From NCBI GenBank assembly GCA_944391475.1, contig CALXTR010000006.1:6127-70126 (forward strand): a DNA stretch of 64,000 nucleotides. The letters are read 5' to 3'. A model generated the notes under the pieces. That model saw nothing but the letters and a program-made list of their open reading frames with translations, was not told the origin of the DNA and did no database searches. Each line of letters starts with the position of its first letter. Position 1 is the first letter of the stretch. Positions 9,786 through 19,301 of this stretch are shown here, piece after piece. This stretch comes from an uncultured Alphaproteobacteria bacterium (lineage in GTDB: Bacteria > Pseudomonadota > Alphaproteobacteria > RF32 > CAG-239). Position numbers and translations under genes: made by a program.

Positions 9786-10316
9786 TTAATTATTTTGAGC
9801 TTTGCACTTAGCGGCATCTTGAACCAATTGTTCACGGTTAGCCTTACCGATACTAACAATTCGATCGAGCAGTTCCTCAATCACCATTGCATCTTGAGTA
9901 TAAGCAAACTCGCCGCCCGGAGCAATCATATCCTCAGACCCGCCCGGTTCAACTTCAATATATTTTGCTCCCATCATGCTGCCACTTACAATAGATGCAC
10001 TGCTATCATCGGGGATATTGATACCATCTTTAATTTCCATGGTCAAAACCGCCTTAAAATGCTCATCTAACTTTGCATCAACCACTTTCCCGATATTCAT
10101 ACCGGCCATCCGCACCCAGTCACCGACCAGCAATCCGTCAGTCCGATTAAAACGAGCAGTCACCGAATAGTATTTACCGTTATCGAGTTCGACTTTTTTG
10201 TGATTATTAACAAAATAAAGCAACACAAGCAACAATATCAGACTGATATAAAGCCCGACTTTTAAGAACTTGGTCTCATCGCGAGAATAATTTTCCTCTG
10301 CCATCATTAGCTCCAT
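9786..10316 (-). CDS. mlaD: second MlaD/MCE domain protein
   Basis: FNRTDGLLVGDWVRMAGMNIGKV; GAKYIEVEPGG. Confidence 0.85.
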   Translation of the reverse strand: MELMMAEENYSRDETKFLKVGLYISLILLLVLLYFVNNHKKVELDNGKYYSVTARFNRTDGLLVGDWVRMAGMNIGKVVDAKLDEHFKAVLTMEIKDGINIPDDSSASIVSGSMMGAKYIEVEPGGSEDMIAPGGEFAYTQDAMVIEELLDRIVSIGKANREQLVQDAAKCKAQNN

Positions 10317-10471
10317 AAATTATCAAAAATTGATTTATCATACCAAGTTTTACATAGAAATAAACAAAAATAACCAGTTTTTCAGCACCTTTTTGCAATA
10401 CTCAAAAATAATCCTTACACTTTAAAATAAATTTGTTAAAATAGATAAAAACAGTTGGCAGGAGGAACTAG

Positions 10472-11185
10472 ATGCTTGTAGTAAAAAAACTCTCCAAAAA
10501 TTTCGGTCGTATCCGCGCCGTTAACAATGTCAATTTTTCACTAAAACGCGGAGAAATCGTCACTTTGCTGGGCCCTAACGGCGCCGGAAAAACCACTTTG
10601 ATGCGCCTAATCAGCGGTTATTTAGAACCAAGTTCAGGTAGTGTCCGTATTTTAGAACATGATGTTACTACCGAGCGCCAAGAAGCCCTAAAAAACATTG
10701 GTTATGTACCTGAAAACAGCCCCTTATATGGTGATATGACCGTTTTTGAGTACTTTTTATTCATCGCCAAACTCCGCCACATGAGCGATTCTTCTTTTCA
10801 AGAGCGCTATAACGAGATAGTGAATAATTTTGAATTAAAAAGCGTTATAAACCAACGCATTGAAACCCTTTCCAAAGGTTTCAGGCACCGCACAGCCATT
10901 GCCGGAGCGTTGTTAACCAAGCCCCAAATTTTGATATTAGACGAACCCACCGAGGGCTTAGACCCCAACCAAAAACATGCTTTCCGCGAATTCTTAAAGA
11001 AATATGGCGAAAATAACTTAGTCGTGGTATCCACCCACATCATGGAAGAAGTTGAAGCCTTGGCCACCCGCGTGATTATGATGAATAAAGGTAGGATAAT
11101 CAAAGATTCGACCGCCTTTGACCTCAAAAACTTTGCCAAAAGCCAAAATCTGGAAGATGCCTTCCGCCAAATTATCAACCAATAG
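10472..11185 (+). CDS. ABC transporter ATP-binding protein (GldA-like)
   Basis: GPNGAGKTT, LSKG signature, ILDEPT.GLDP, STH. Confidence 0.92.
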   Translation: MLVVKKLSKNFGRIRAVNNVNFSLKRGEIVTLLGPNGAGKTTLMRLISGYLEPSSGSVRILEHDVTTERQEALKNIGYVPENSPLYGDMTVFEYFLFIAKLRHMSDSSFQERYNEIVNNFELKSVINQRIETLSKGFRHRTAIAGALLTKPQILILDEPTEGLDPNQKHAFREFLKKYGENNLVVVSTHIMEEVEALATRVIMMNKGRIIKDSTAFDLKNFAKSQNLEDAFRQIINQ

Positions 11186-11196
11186 GAGTGACTATA

Positions 11197-11928
11197 ATGT
11201 TGTATCAAACCTATGTCATTTTTGCCAAAGAGTTTGGCGGATATTTCCGCAGCCGTCTGGCCTATTTTTTGCTTGGAGCCTACGCGTTTATCTCCATGTT
11301 TGCCGCCTTTTATATGGGAGGATTTTTCGAACTTAACAATATGGAACTCTTCTCCTTCTTTTATTTTCAAGGAGACATATTTGCGCTCTTAGTCCCCGCA
11401 ATCACCATGCGCTTGTGGGCCGAAGAACGTCGCTCCGGCACTATGGAAGTCTTGCTCACTCAGCCCCTGAGCTATACCTCAGTAGTTTTGGGCAAATTTT
11501 TCTCAGCTTGGCTATTTTGCACAGTTTTGCTGGTTTTGACCATGCCGTTTTTGTTCTCGGTTGGAAGTTTCTACCCGCTAGATTACCTAAACATTTTGTG
11601 TTCATATCTTGGCTGTTGGTTCATTGCCGGTGTTTTTTGCGCAGTCGGTTGCTGTGTATCTGCTTTCAATAAAAGCCCGGTCATTGCCTACATTGCCACG
11701 CTGATTTTATCACTCATTATCAGCACCGGCAATTTCGACTTTTTGATAAGCGAGTTTGGTTTCTCCAGCAACATTATGATAAGAACCATACAATCGCTCA
11801 ACTTTTCCAAACATTTTCAAGATTTAAGCAGCGGACAGCTTGGTCTTGATAATATCATTTATTATCTCAGCATGATGATTTTGCCACTTTGGCTCAATGT
11901 CATCACGGTAGAATATAAGAAAAGCTAG
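11197..11928 (+). CDS. ABC-2 permease (GldF-like)
   Basis: PAITMRLWAEERRSGT.EVLLT.P; about 6 TM; ATG 11197 follows AGGAG. Confidence 0.9.
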   Translation: MLYQTYVIFAKEFGGYFRSRLAYFLLGAYAFISMFAAFYMGGFFELNNMELFSFFYFQGDIFALLVPAITMRLWAEERRSGTMEVLLTQPLSYTSVVLGKFFSAWLFCTVLLVLTMPFLFSVGSFYPLDYLNILCSYLGCWFIAGVFCAVGCCVSAFNKSPVIAYIATLILSLIISTGNFDFLISEFGFSSNIMIRTIQSLNFSKHFQDLSSGQLGLDNIIYYLSMMILPLWLNVITVEYKKS

Positions 11929-11943
11929 GAAAGGAGAGGGAAC

Positions 11944-13848
11944 ATGAACATTTCATCTGCCAAAATCCGCAACCTTCAAAAACATGGCTCTATTGTCTTG
12001 TTTATACTGATTTTATTGGCATGTTTTGTACTGCTCAATATGTCCGCAGGCCTACTGTTTGCAGACCGCAAACTCGACCTCACTCATGACCAACGATACA
12101 CTTTCCGTGCTCAGACCAAGAAAGCACTAAAAAATCTTTCTCAGCCCATAAACATCAATGTCTATTACTCATCAAACATATACAAAGACTACCCTTTGTA
12201 TGCGCAATATGCACAAATTGTGATGAGAATGCTCGACCGCTATCGTAATGAATCAGACAACCAAATAAAAATCAATATCTTTAACCCCGAACCATATAGT
12301 AGTGTTGAAGAAGATGCAAAGCGCTATGGCTTAAGAAAATTTTCTGCTGCCAACAATGAAAATGGCTACTATTTTGGAGCCGTTATGACCAATGCTCAAG
12401 GCAAAAGCTATGTAATCCCATATTTTCAGAGCTTGCGACAAAACTATCTGGAAAATGACTTAACCCGAGGTATTGAGGCTCTAAGCGGGTTTAAGCGCCA
12501 AAAGATTGGCATTATGTCACCGGATTTACCAATTATTGATACCACATACCGTGGACGCAAGGCAGACCAAGACTGGACCTTTGTCAAACTTCTAAGACAA
12601 GATTATAATGTAGTTGAAGTTTCCTCCGGCAGCCCCCAAATCCCGCTTGATGTCAACACGCTTATCGTAATCAGTACTCGCCAACTTTCTACTGTCGGCA
12701 TGTATGCAATTGACCAGTTTGTCATGCGCGGAGGCAACCTGTTAGTTTTGGTTGATCCTTTTTCAGAATATGAAGACAACCTAAAAGGTATCACCGAACA
12801 AGTTGGCTCTGACATTAACTTATTGCTCAAAAACTACGGTATCGACTACCAAAACGATAAAGTGGTAGGCGATATGGAACTTTCCGAAGAACTTACATTT
12901 GCCGATGGATCAGTGCGCAAATATTCTCCGTGGTTTAACCTCACCAAGCAATATATCAATGATAATCACCCCATAATCCAAAACCTAAGTTCAATTAGTT
13001 TCAAAACACCGGGAAGCTTGCTTTTAGAACCCGTTGAAGGCGCAAAGACTTCAATTTTGCTCCAAACCTCGGCAAAATCTACCAGCATCGATGCTAAAAT
13101 TGCCAAATATGGCGACAAATTGGAAGTTGTTAAATTTATGCAAGAAAACAGCACTCCGGTTATCCTTGCGGCTATGAGCCAAGGTAATTATCACAGCATT
13201 TTCGACAGCGATCCTTTTGAAAACAGCCAGCTTTCAGAAGAATTATTGCCATACATATCAAGCAGCATTTCACCGGCTCAAATCATTGTTGTTGCCGATT
13301 CTGATTGGATATATCAGCAAAACTGGGTTAGCATGGGTTTCCGTACCGGTGGAAAAATTGACGAAGTTGTACCCAATAATAATAACTACGACTTTTTGTT
13401 GCGCTCGGTTGATTATTTAAGCGGCAATGCCAATGCGTTGGCTATTGGCAGCAAAGAGATGACCAACCGCGATGACACCATTCGCCGCCGATTAGAGCAA
13501 ATTACTGCTTCTGAGTATGCTGAACGCTATGACGAGCTGCAACAAGATTTTGAGCAACAAAAACTGACCTTAAATACCACATTGCAAATGATAAAAAATC
13601 AGGAAATTGCAGCCTCAGTTAAACTATATAGCGAAATTCAGGAAATGCAGCGCAATCTCCAAAAGAAAGAAGAAGAAATGCGCCGCATGGAGTATAAAAT
13701 AAAACAAGAAAGCGAAAATGCCATCAATGGTATTGTCACACTTAATGTCTTGATTTTCCCACTCTTGGCACTGTTGGTTGCATGGATATTAGATATCCTC
13801 ATTCATCGCCACTATGCCCGTCGTGCTGAAAGGTTGCTCCATGACTAA
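11944..13848 (+). CDS. GldG-like ABC auxiliary component
   Basis: DLT.D.RYT motif, IDQFVMRGG.LLVLVDP, VVADSD, C-terminal coiled coil and TM. Confidence 0.88.
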   Translation: MNISSAKIRNLQKHGSIVLFILILLACFVLLNMSAGLLFADRKLDLTHDQRYTFRAQTKKALKNLSQPININVYYSSNIYKDYPLYAQYAQIVMRMLDRYRNESDNQIKINIFNPEPYSSVEEDAKRYGLRKFSAANNENGYYFGAVMTNAQGKSYVIPYFQSLRQNYLENDLTRGIEALSGFKRQKIGIMSPDLPIIDTTYRGRKADQDWTFVKLLRQDYNVVEVSSGSPQIPLDVNTLIVISTRQLSTVGMYAIDQFVMRGGNLLVLVDPFSEYEDNLKGITEQVGSDINLLLKNYGIDYQNDKVVGDMELSEELTFADGSVRKYSPWFNLTKQYINDNHPIIQNLSSISFKTPGSLLLEPVEGAKTSILLQTSAKSTSIDAKIAKYGDKLEVVKFMQENSTPVILAAMSQGNYHSIFDSDPFENSQLSEELLPYISSSISPAQIIVVADSDWIYQQNWVSMGFRTGGKIDEVVPNNNNYDFLLRSVDYLSGNANALAIGSKEMTNRDDTIRRRLEQITASEYAERYDELQQDFEQQKLTLNTTLQMIKNQEIAASVKLYSEIQEMQRNLQKKEEEMRRMEYKIKQESENAINGIVTLNVLIFPLLALLVAWILDILIHRHYARRAERLLHD

Positions 13849-14839
13849 AAAAAGCATAATAATCAGTTTAGTATTAATGTTTGCCTCCATGATACTTGCT
13901 TTTTGCGGTATCTGGCTAACCAATATGGAAGAGCAAAGCAACCTTTCGGGCAAACTGATATTTGAACAAACTTCAAACCAAGGCGCCGACTTTGATCGCA
14001 CCATAATCACCAATGCCGACACCACAATCACCATAGAGCTTAAAGACGGTTTTTGGAAAATTCCCGAAGCTCACGACTACTATGCCAACTTTGCCTTGGC
14101 AAATGCCTTGTTCATGAACATGAACCAAAGCCGTTATTTTATTGAAATTGACACCAAAGATAAAACCTTGGCCGAATTTAAGCTTCTCATGCCAGGGAAG
14201 GGGGATGCTTCCTCAAGCGGCACCTTAATTCAAACTTTTGCTAACGGTAAGGTGTTAGACGAAGTCCTGATTGGCAAAAACACCGAAGATAATCTCTATA
14301 CTTATGTCCGCAAAAAAGATGATAATCATGTCTGGCTAGTCAACAATGACTTCACCTTACCGCAAAAGCTATATTCGTGGTTTCAGCAACCTTTGTTAAA
14401 CTATGCACCAGAGCAGATTAAAACCATATCTTCTGATTTTAATGGTCAAGAAATTGAATATACGCGCACAACCAATCGCGAACCATATACCAATCAAAAA
14501 GGAGAAAAAGAGAGCCTAACCTTATTTGCAGACGTTTTTTCTTTTCTCACTTTTCAGGAGGTAGTTCCAGAAGAAAACTTTAATCCTGAAGAATATCCGC
14601 TTCACCGAGACTTTGAAATTACTTTGTTCAACGGTTTAGTCACCCAGATAAGATTATTTAGCACTCAGGAGCAAAAAACTTTCTGGGCACAAATAAAAAT
14701 CTCAGCCAACCGCCTTCCAACTCGCGGAGTTAATGATTATATAAAAAATAACAGTTTCTACTACGATGGCTGGCTTTTCAAGCTTGCCCCCGAAACTGGA
14801 TATATTTTATTTAATACATTAGCCCAGAAGGAACAATGA
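13841..14839 (+). CDS. DUF4340 domain protein
   Basis: N-terminal TM; VLIGK...YVR...VWLV; usual fourth gene of gldAFG-like operons. Confidence 0.7.
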   Translation: MTKKSIIISLVLMFASMILAFCGIWLTNMEEQSNLSGKLIFEQTSNQGADFDRTIITNADTTITIELKDGFWKIPEAHDYYANFALANALFMNMNQSRYFIEIDTKDKTLAEFKLLMPGKGDASSSGTLIQTFANGKVLDEVLIGKNTEDNLYTYVRKKDDNHVWLVNNDFTLPQKLYSWFQQPLLNYAPEQIKTISSDFNGQEIEYTRTTNREPYTNQKGEKESLTLFADVFSFLTFQEVVPEENFNPEEYPLHRDFEITLFNGLVTQIRLFSTQEQKTFWAQIKISANRLPTRGVNDYIKNNSFYYDGWLFKLAPETGYILFNTLAQKEQ

Positions 14840-16239
14840 GCAACCAAGGATGTGACTTTAAACCACTGGCAGACGCCGCGACAGATATCTTACTCAAGAT
14901 AAACAAACAAGGAAACGTAATCCTTGCCAATCAGAACGCGCATATTTTAGGACTAAATGAATATGCCGACAGCCTTACTCAACTATTACCAGAGTCCAAA
15001 TTTCCTGATTTTTACCGCTTATGTAAACAAAGTATAGAGCTCCAAACACCGGAAATAGGACATTTTCGAATTGGCGATAGATTATACCAAACTCATTTTC
15101 ATCCCAAGCTAACAGATTGTATTGTCTGTTTGCGTGATATTACGGAACCTGCCGAAATATCATCAGAGCTCAAACAAGTTAGCTCCAGATTAAACTTTGC
15201 TGAAAACATCGCTCAACTTGGCTATTGGGAATTTGACTGGCGCCATAAGCGCATTTACTGGTCGGCTCAAATGTATAAAATATTTGGACTAAACCCACAA
15301 ACAGTGCACTATAAACGCAATATATTTAAGGACTATGTCTACCCAAATGATTTACCCCAATATTGGGAGAACCTAAAGAAACTCATTCGACATCGCCAGC
15401 CGGTTGAGGGGCAGCTAAGGATACGTAGAGCAGATAATACGCTAATTTATTGCGCATACAAAGCTTCAATCATGCAAGATAAAATAGCCGGAACATTTCA
15501 AGACATCACGCAATTCATCAAAATACAGCAAGAACTTGAAAAAGCTAAATTTAGCGCCGAAAAGGCAAATCGTGATAAATCATACTTTTTGGCACAAGCC
15601 AGCCATGATTTACGTCAACCGATGCAAGCACTCAACATTTTCATTGCCACCCTATTTGAAGAGGGATTATCTTCTAGACAGCACGAAATTTTGAGCAAAA
15701 TTGAAACCTCAGCCCACAATCTTAATAATCTTCTCAACAATTTGTTAGACATTTCCAAACTTGAATCCGGCGGCATTAAATATGAACCCCAAGAGTTTAA
15801 TATCGGGCAATTGATAAAAAATATTTCCCATGAATATTCCGAGCTTGCCTCATGCAAACACATCAAATTTCATGCTTTGGTGCATAATGGAGAAGTATAC
15901 AGCGATCCCATACTCATTGAGCGTATTATTCGCAATCTTTTAAGTAATGCCTTTAAGTATGCCAAAAGCAAAATCGTTTTAGGGTGTAAACGGCAGCAAG
16001 ATTATATCAGAATCATGGTTTTAGATAATGGCCCAGGAATATCAGATGATGACAAGAGCAAAATTTTTGACGAATTCTACCAAAGCCCGCAAATAACAGA
16101 CAATCGAAAACACGGAGCCGGCTTGGGTCTAACGATTGTCAGCAAAATTGCCACCGTTATTGATACCAAAATAGAAATCACCACCATTCCCGGACGGGGC
16201 TGCTGCTTTTCATTTTTACTGCCGCTGTTAAAATTTTAG
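14836..16239 (+). CDS. cytoplasmic PAS-domain sensor histidine kinase
   Basis: PAS_3-like (LGYWEFD..IYWS), H-box ASHDLRQP, N-box NLLSNAFKY, DNGPGI, GAGLGL; no TM and no receiver domain. Confidence 0.92.
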   Translation: MSNQGCDFKPLADAATDILLKINKQGNVILANQNAHILGLNEYADSLTQLLPESKFPDFYRLCKQSIELQTPEIGHFRIGDRLYQTHFHPKLTDCIVCLRDITEPAEISSELKQVSSRLNFAENIAQLGYWEFDWRHKRIYWSAQMYKIFGLNPQTVHYKRNIFKDYVYPNDLPQYWENLKKLIRHRQPVEGQLRIRRADNTLIYCAYKASIMQDKIAGTFQDITQFIKIQQELEKAKFSAEKANRDKSYFLAQASHDLRQPMQALNIFIATLFEEGLSSRQHEILSKIETSAHNLNNLLNNLLDISKLESGGIKYEPQEFNIGQLIKNISHEYSELASCKHIKFHALVHNGEVYSDPILIERIIRNLLSNAFKYAKSKIVLGCKRQQDYIRIMVLDNGPGISDDDKSKIFDEFYQSPQITDNRKHGAGLGLTIVSKIATVIDTKIEITTIPGRGCCFSFLLPLLKF

Positions 16240-16311
16240 AAAAGCACAATAAGCATGACAACCGGCACAAAGACAGCACCGCGGATATAGGGTATATACG
16301 CAACCAAGTGA

Positions 16312-16519
16312 TGCCTCAGGCGCTGCCTGAAACCCTCTAATAGGAATAAACTTCCACTAGCTAACGCAAGTGGTATTACCTGTTCCGAACTACGTTCGCC
16401 CTGCCCAAAGGCTTCGCAAGCCTAACGGCTGGGCAGGTATGTCTACATCTACCTGCTTACGCAGGTAGTGTTACGTTCGAATCATAAAAAAACCGCCTTA
16501 ATAAAATAAGACGGCTTTC
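16312..16519. repeat. hairpin-rich GC-elevated region downstream of tRNA-Lys, including its probable terminator
   Basis: Stems tcagg/cctga, cgaac/gttcg, ctgccca/tgggcag, aggctt/aagcct, ctacctgc/gcaggtag; A-tract hairpin at about 16486-16519. Confidence 0.6.
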
Positions 16520-16523
16520 ACAA

Positions 16524-16599
16524 TGGTAGGCGCGTGGGGGTTCGAACCCCAGACCCACTGATTAAGAGTCAGTTGCTCTACCAACTGAGCTACGCACCC
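16524..16599 (-). tRNA. tRNA-Lys (anticodon CTT)
   Basis: Reverse complement GGGTGCGTAGCTCAGTTGGTAGAGCAACTGACTCTTAATCAGTGGGTCTGGGGTTCGAACCCCCACGCGCCTACCA; 76 nt cloverleaf with CCA. Confidence 0.98.
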
Positions 16600-16631
16600 A
16601 CAACAACAAAGTTGTGTTCAACAACAAGGGC

Positions 16632-16660
16632 AATATAAACCGCATAATTTTTTTTTGCAA
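16632..16660 (-). promoter_or_regulatory. sigma70-type promoter of tRNA-Lys
   Basis: Minus strand TTGCAA-17 nt-TATATT. Confidence 0.6.
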
Positions 16661-16689
16661 CAGAATTTTGCAAAAATATATAAAAAAAT

Positions 16690-17142
16690 TTAATAAGGAA
16701 TTTTATCTTTTTTATTCAGCCACTTATTCATAACTTTGACTGCATCATCATTTTTAAGCTGTATGACCTTCAACACATCATCTTCATAAAAGATTCGGTC
16801 GCGAAACCCAATATTTTCAGCATCATAACGATCAGCGGCAAAATAAATTTCTTTAATATTAGCCCATTTAGCTGCATTCAGACACATTGGACAGGGCTCA
16901 CAAGAAGTATACAACACACAACCGGATAAATCAAAACTCTTGATATTTGCACAAGCATTCCGAATAGCAACAATTTCGCCATGAGCGGTTGGATCATTAT
17001 CAAGCACGACATGATTATAACCTTCACCAATCACATTTCCATTTGGATCCACAATTACACATCCAAACGGCGAACTACCATTGTTAACCGATTCATCACT
17101 CAGATTAATAGCTTTCTGAAGATTTTCCTGATGATTAAGCAT
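16690..17142 (-). CDS. guaD: nucleoside/guanine deaminase (GuaD-like, cytidine deaminase fold)
   Basis: PFG.VI, DPTAHGEIVAIR.AC, LYTSCEPCPMC. Confidence 0.8.
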   Translation of the reverse strand: MLNHQENLQKAINLSDESVNNGSSPFGCVIVDPNGNVIGEGYNHVVLDNDPTAHGEIVAIRNACANIKSFDLSGCVLYTSCEPCPMCLNAAKWANIKEIYFAADRYDAENIGFRDRIFYEDDVLKVIQLKNDDAVKVMNKWLNKKDKIPY

Positions 17143-17505
17143 GATTTACCTCATATTTTTACATAATAGGTAATTATATAACAAAAGAATCTTAATAATC
17201 TGCAAATTTTACATATTTTCGCAAAAAAACATTGACAACAATCATAAATAGCTCTAATTTCACAACAAATTATAGGTTTTATGTATATTTTGTTTTATGT
17301 ATATTTTTATTTAAGCGTGGCAGATAAAGCTTTATTGTAGCATAATCATATCTGTGAATTTCTGTGTATTATGCAACTTTCACACACAGACATCACACAT
17401 ATTTGACTATAATAAGAACTGCTCTGCTCCTTTTGTGAAAAAGCAGCAGTGAAAGGAAACTTTGTGCAGTTTAATGCTTTATCCATCTAGTTGATCTATA
17501 TTACC

Positions 17506-17541
17506 AAAGCTTTTTCGTTGTGAAACGAGAAAGCTTTTTTT
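17506..17541 (+). terminator. intrinsic terminator 60 bp upstream of the HD-domain gene
   Basis: aaagctttttcgtt-gtga-aacgagaaagcttttttt. Confidence 0.7.
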
Positions 17542-17600
17542 GTGCACAAATCAAAAACAAGACTACAAAGATAGCCAAATTCTGCTTATGTAAATAAGAA

Positions 17601-18455
17601 ATGGAGTATAAAATGATTAGCACAAAAACAGAAGAATCTCTTTTACAGGAAGAATATACAAACTGCCTAAACGAAGTAAAATCCTCCGCTTTTCATACCT
17701 TAATGGCAGAAGAAAAAATCAAACACTCGTTTCAAGTTATTGGTGCTGGCAACTATATCATGAAACACGAGGCTTATTATCAACATCTCCCTCAAGAAGA
17801 CTTGCGGCTTGCAAAATTAGCCTATTTATTTCATGACATAGGAAGATTTAGAGAAATTAGCGAGTTATATCGCCAAAACCACGGTCATTTCATTGGCTCA
17901 AAACTAGATCATGGTCTGTTTGGTGCACAGTATCTGGAGCAAACTCCGTCCTATAACTCACCTTTTATAGTAATTCCGGTTAAATATCATAATAAGCTGA
18001 TAGAAGACTATTACAACTCAGATGACTATCAACAGCTAGGAAAGAATAGAGATTCTATAACCGAAGTCTTAAAACTGGTACGAGATGCGGATAAAATTGC
18101 CAATTTTCATCTCATCACCACCCAAACACAACATCTAAAAAAACTATTCTGCCCCGAAGCAATCGAAGGAAAAGCTTTAGCTATACAACCAGCAATACTC
18201 TCAGATTTCATGGCCGAAAAAACAATTGACCTAAAAAAGGTTCAAACAGCCTGCGACCGCATTCTAAATTTGCTTAGCTGGGTTTATGATTTAAATTATC
18301 TGTCTTCATTTGAATTTTGTATCAAACTCAATTGCTTTGATAAAATGTTGAACATTTTACAAGAATACAATCCTGATGCTAAAGTTCAGAAGGAAGTTGA
18401 AAATAAATTAAAATCATATATAAATAAACAATATAAACTACTATCATCAAACTAA
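17601..18455 (+). CDS. HD-domain metal-dependent phosphohydrolase
   Basis: KIKHS..V, FHDIGRF, DHG, YHN, VRDADK. Confidence 0.88.
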   Translation: MEYKMISTKTEESLLQEEYTNCLNEVKSSAFHTLMAEEKIKHSFQVIGAGNYIMKHEAYYQHLPQEDLRLAKLAYLFHDIGRFREISELYRQNHGHFIGSKLDHGLFGAQYLEQTPSYNSPFIVIPVKYHNKLIEDYYNSDDYQQLGKNRDSITEVLKLVRDADKIANFHLITTQTQHLKKLFCPEAIEGKALAIQPAILSDFMAEKTIDLKKVQTACDRILNLLSWVYDLNYLSSFEFCIKLNCFDKMLNILQEYNPDAKVQKEVENKLKSYINKQYKLLSSN

Positions 18456-18470
18456 CAAAAGGAATATGGC

Positions 18471-19247
18471 ATGAAAAAATATATTTTTCTCGCAATACTA
18501 CTCATCATTGGCGGCGGAATTTTTTATGTTGCCAATTCATACGAAAGTATAGTTAAAGACTTAGTGCACAAATACGGTAGCCAAGTCACCGGCACAGACG
18601 TAAGTCTAGAAGGTTTCAAAATTTCTCTCAGCAATGGGGAGGGACAAATCAAGAAAATTGTTGTTGCCAACCCCAAAGGCTATCAAAGCGCCAATTTTTT
18701 GAGCTTAGATGGCATCACCATTAAAGTTGACATCAAAAGCTTGGCCTCAGACACCATCATCATTGATAGTATCATCATTGACAAACCGGTAATTAGTTAT
18801 GAAATTTTATCTCTTACCCAAAACAACATCAAAGAGATTAAAAATAACATTACTAAATTCACATCAAAATCTGCCTCATCTTCTTCCAAGGAAAAAAAAT
18901 CGACTTCCAGCAAAGAAGAAAGCGGTTCTGGTAAAAAAGTAATCATTAAAAAATTACAAATCAACCAAGGTGAGATTAATGCCGCAGCTTCTGCCGGAGA
19001 ACTAGCCAGCAGTAACATCTCTGTTCCTCTGCCAGATATTACAATGACTAATATCGGTGGCGGACAAAACGGCAATGACATTCCGGCCATCATCAGCAAA
19101 ATCTTAAATCAGATATTAAGCACAGCCTCCAAAACTGTTGCAACTTTCAAAATCGGTGATTTCAAAAACATTGCCGAAAAGAACTTAGACAACGTAGTCG
19201 GAGGGGTCAAAGATAGGGTTAAAACCTTGGGTATCTTTGGTAAGTAA
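18471..19247 (+). CDS. AsmA/DUF748-like membrane-anchored protein
   Basis: N-terminal TM, GT.V...ANPKGY beta-rich domain, LPDI.M.NIG. Confidence 0.6.
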   Translation: MKKYIFLAILLIIGGGIFYVANSYESIVKDLVHKYGSQVTGTDVSLEGFKISLSNGEGQIKKIVVANPKGYQSANFLSLDGITIKVDIKSLASDTIIIDSIIIDKPVISYEILSLTQNNIKEIKNNITKFTSKSASSSSKEKKSTSSKEESGSGKKVIIKKLQINQGEINAAASAGELASSNISVPLPDITMTNIGGGQNGNDIPAIISKILNQILSTASKTVATFKIGDFKNIAEKNLDNVVGGVKDRVKTLGIFGK

Positions 19248-19265
19248 GATAACAACAATTGCAAT

Positions 19266-19300
19266 AAAAAAATCCCCGAACTGAGTTCGAGGATTTTTTT
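19266..19300. terminator. bidirectional terminator
   Basis: aaaaaaatccccgaac-tga-gttcgaggattttttt between convergent genes. Confidence 0.75.
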
Positions 19301-19301
19301 A

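Noticed and set aside
8952-10170. Plus-strand ORFs over DUF2155 and mlaD
   Set aside because: Antisense to well-supported genes, with no RBS or recognisable domains.
17143-17280. Purine riboswitch upstream of the guaD-like gene
   Set aside because: The conserved aptamer core was not found on the minus strand; the region is simply AT-rich.
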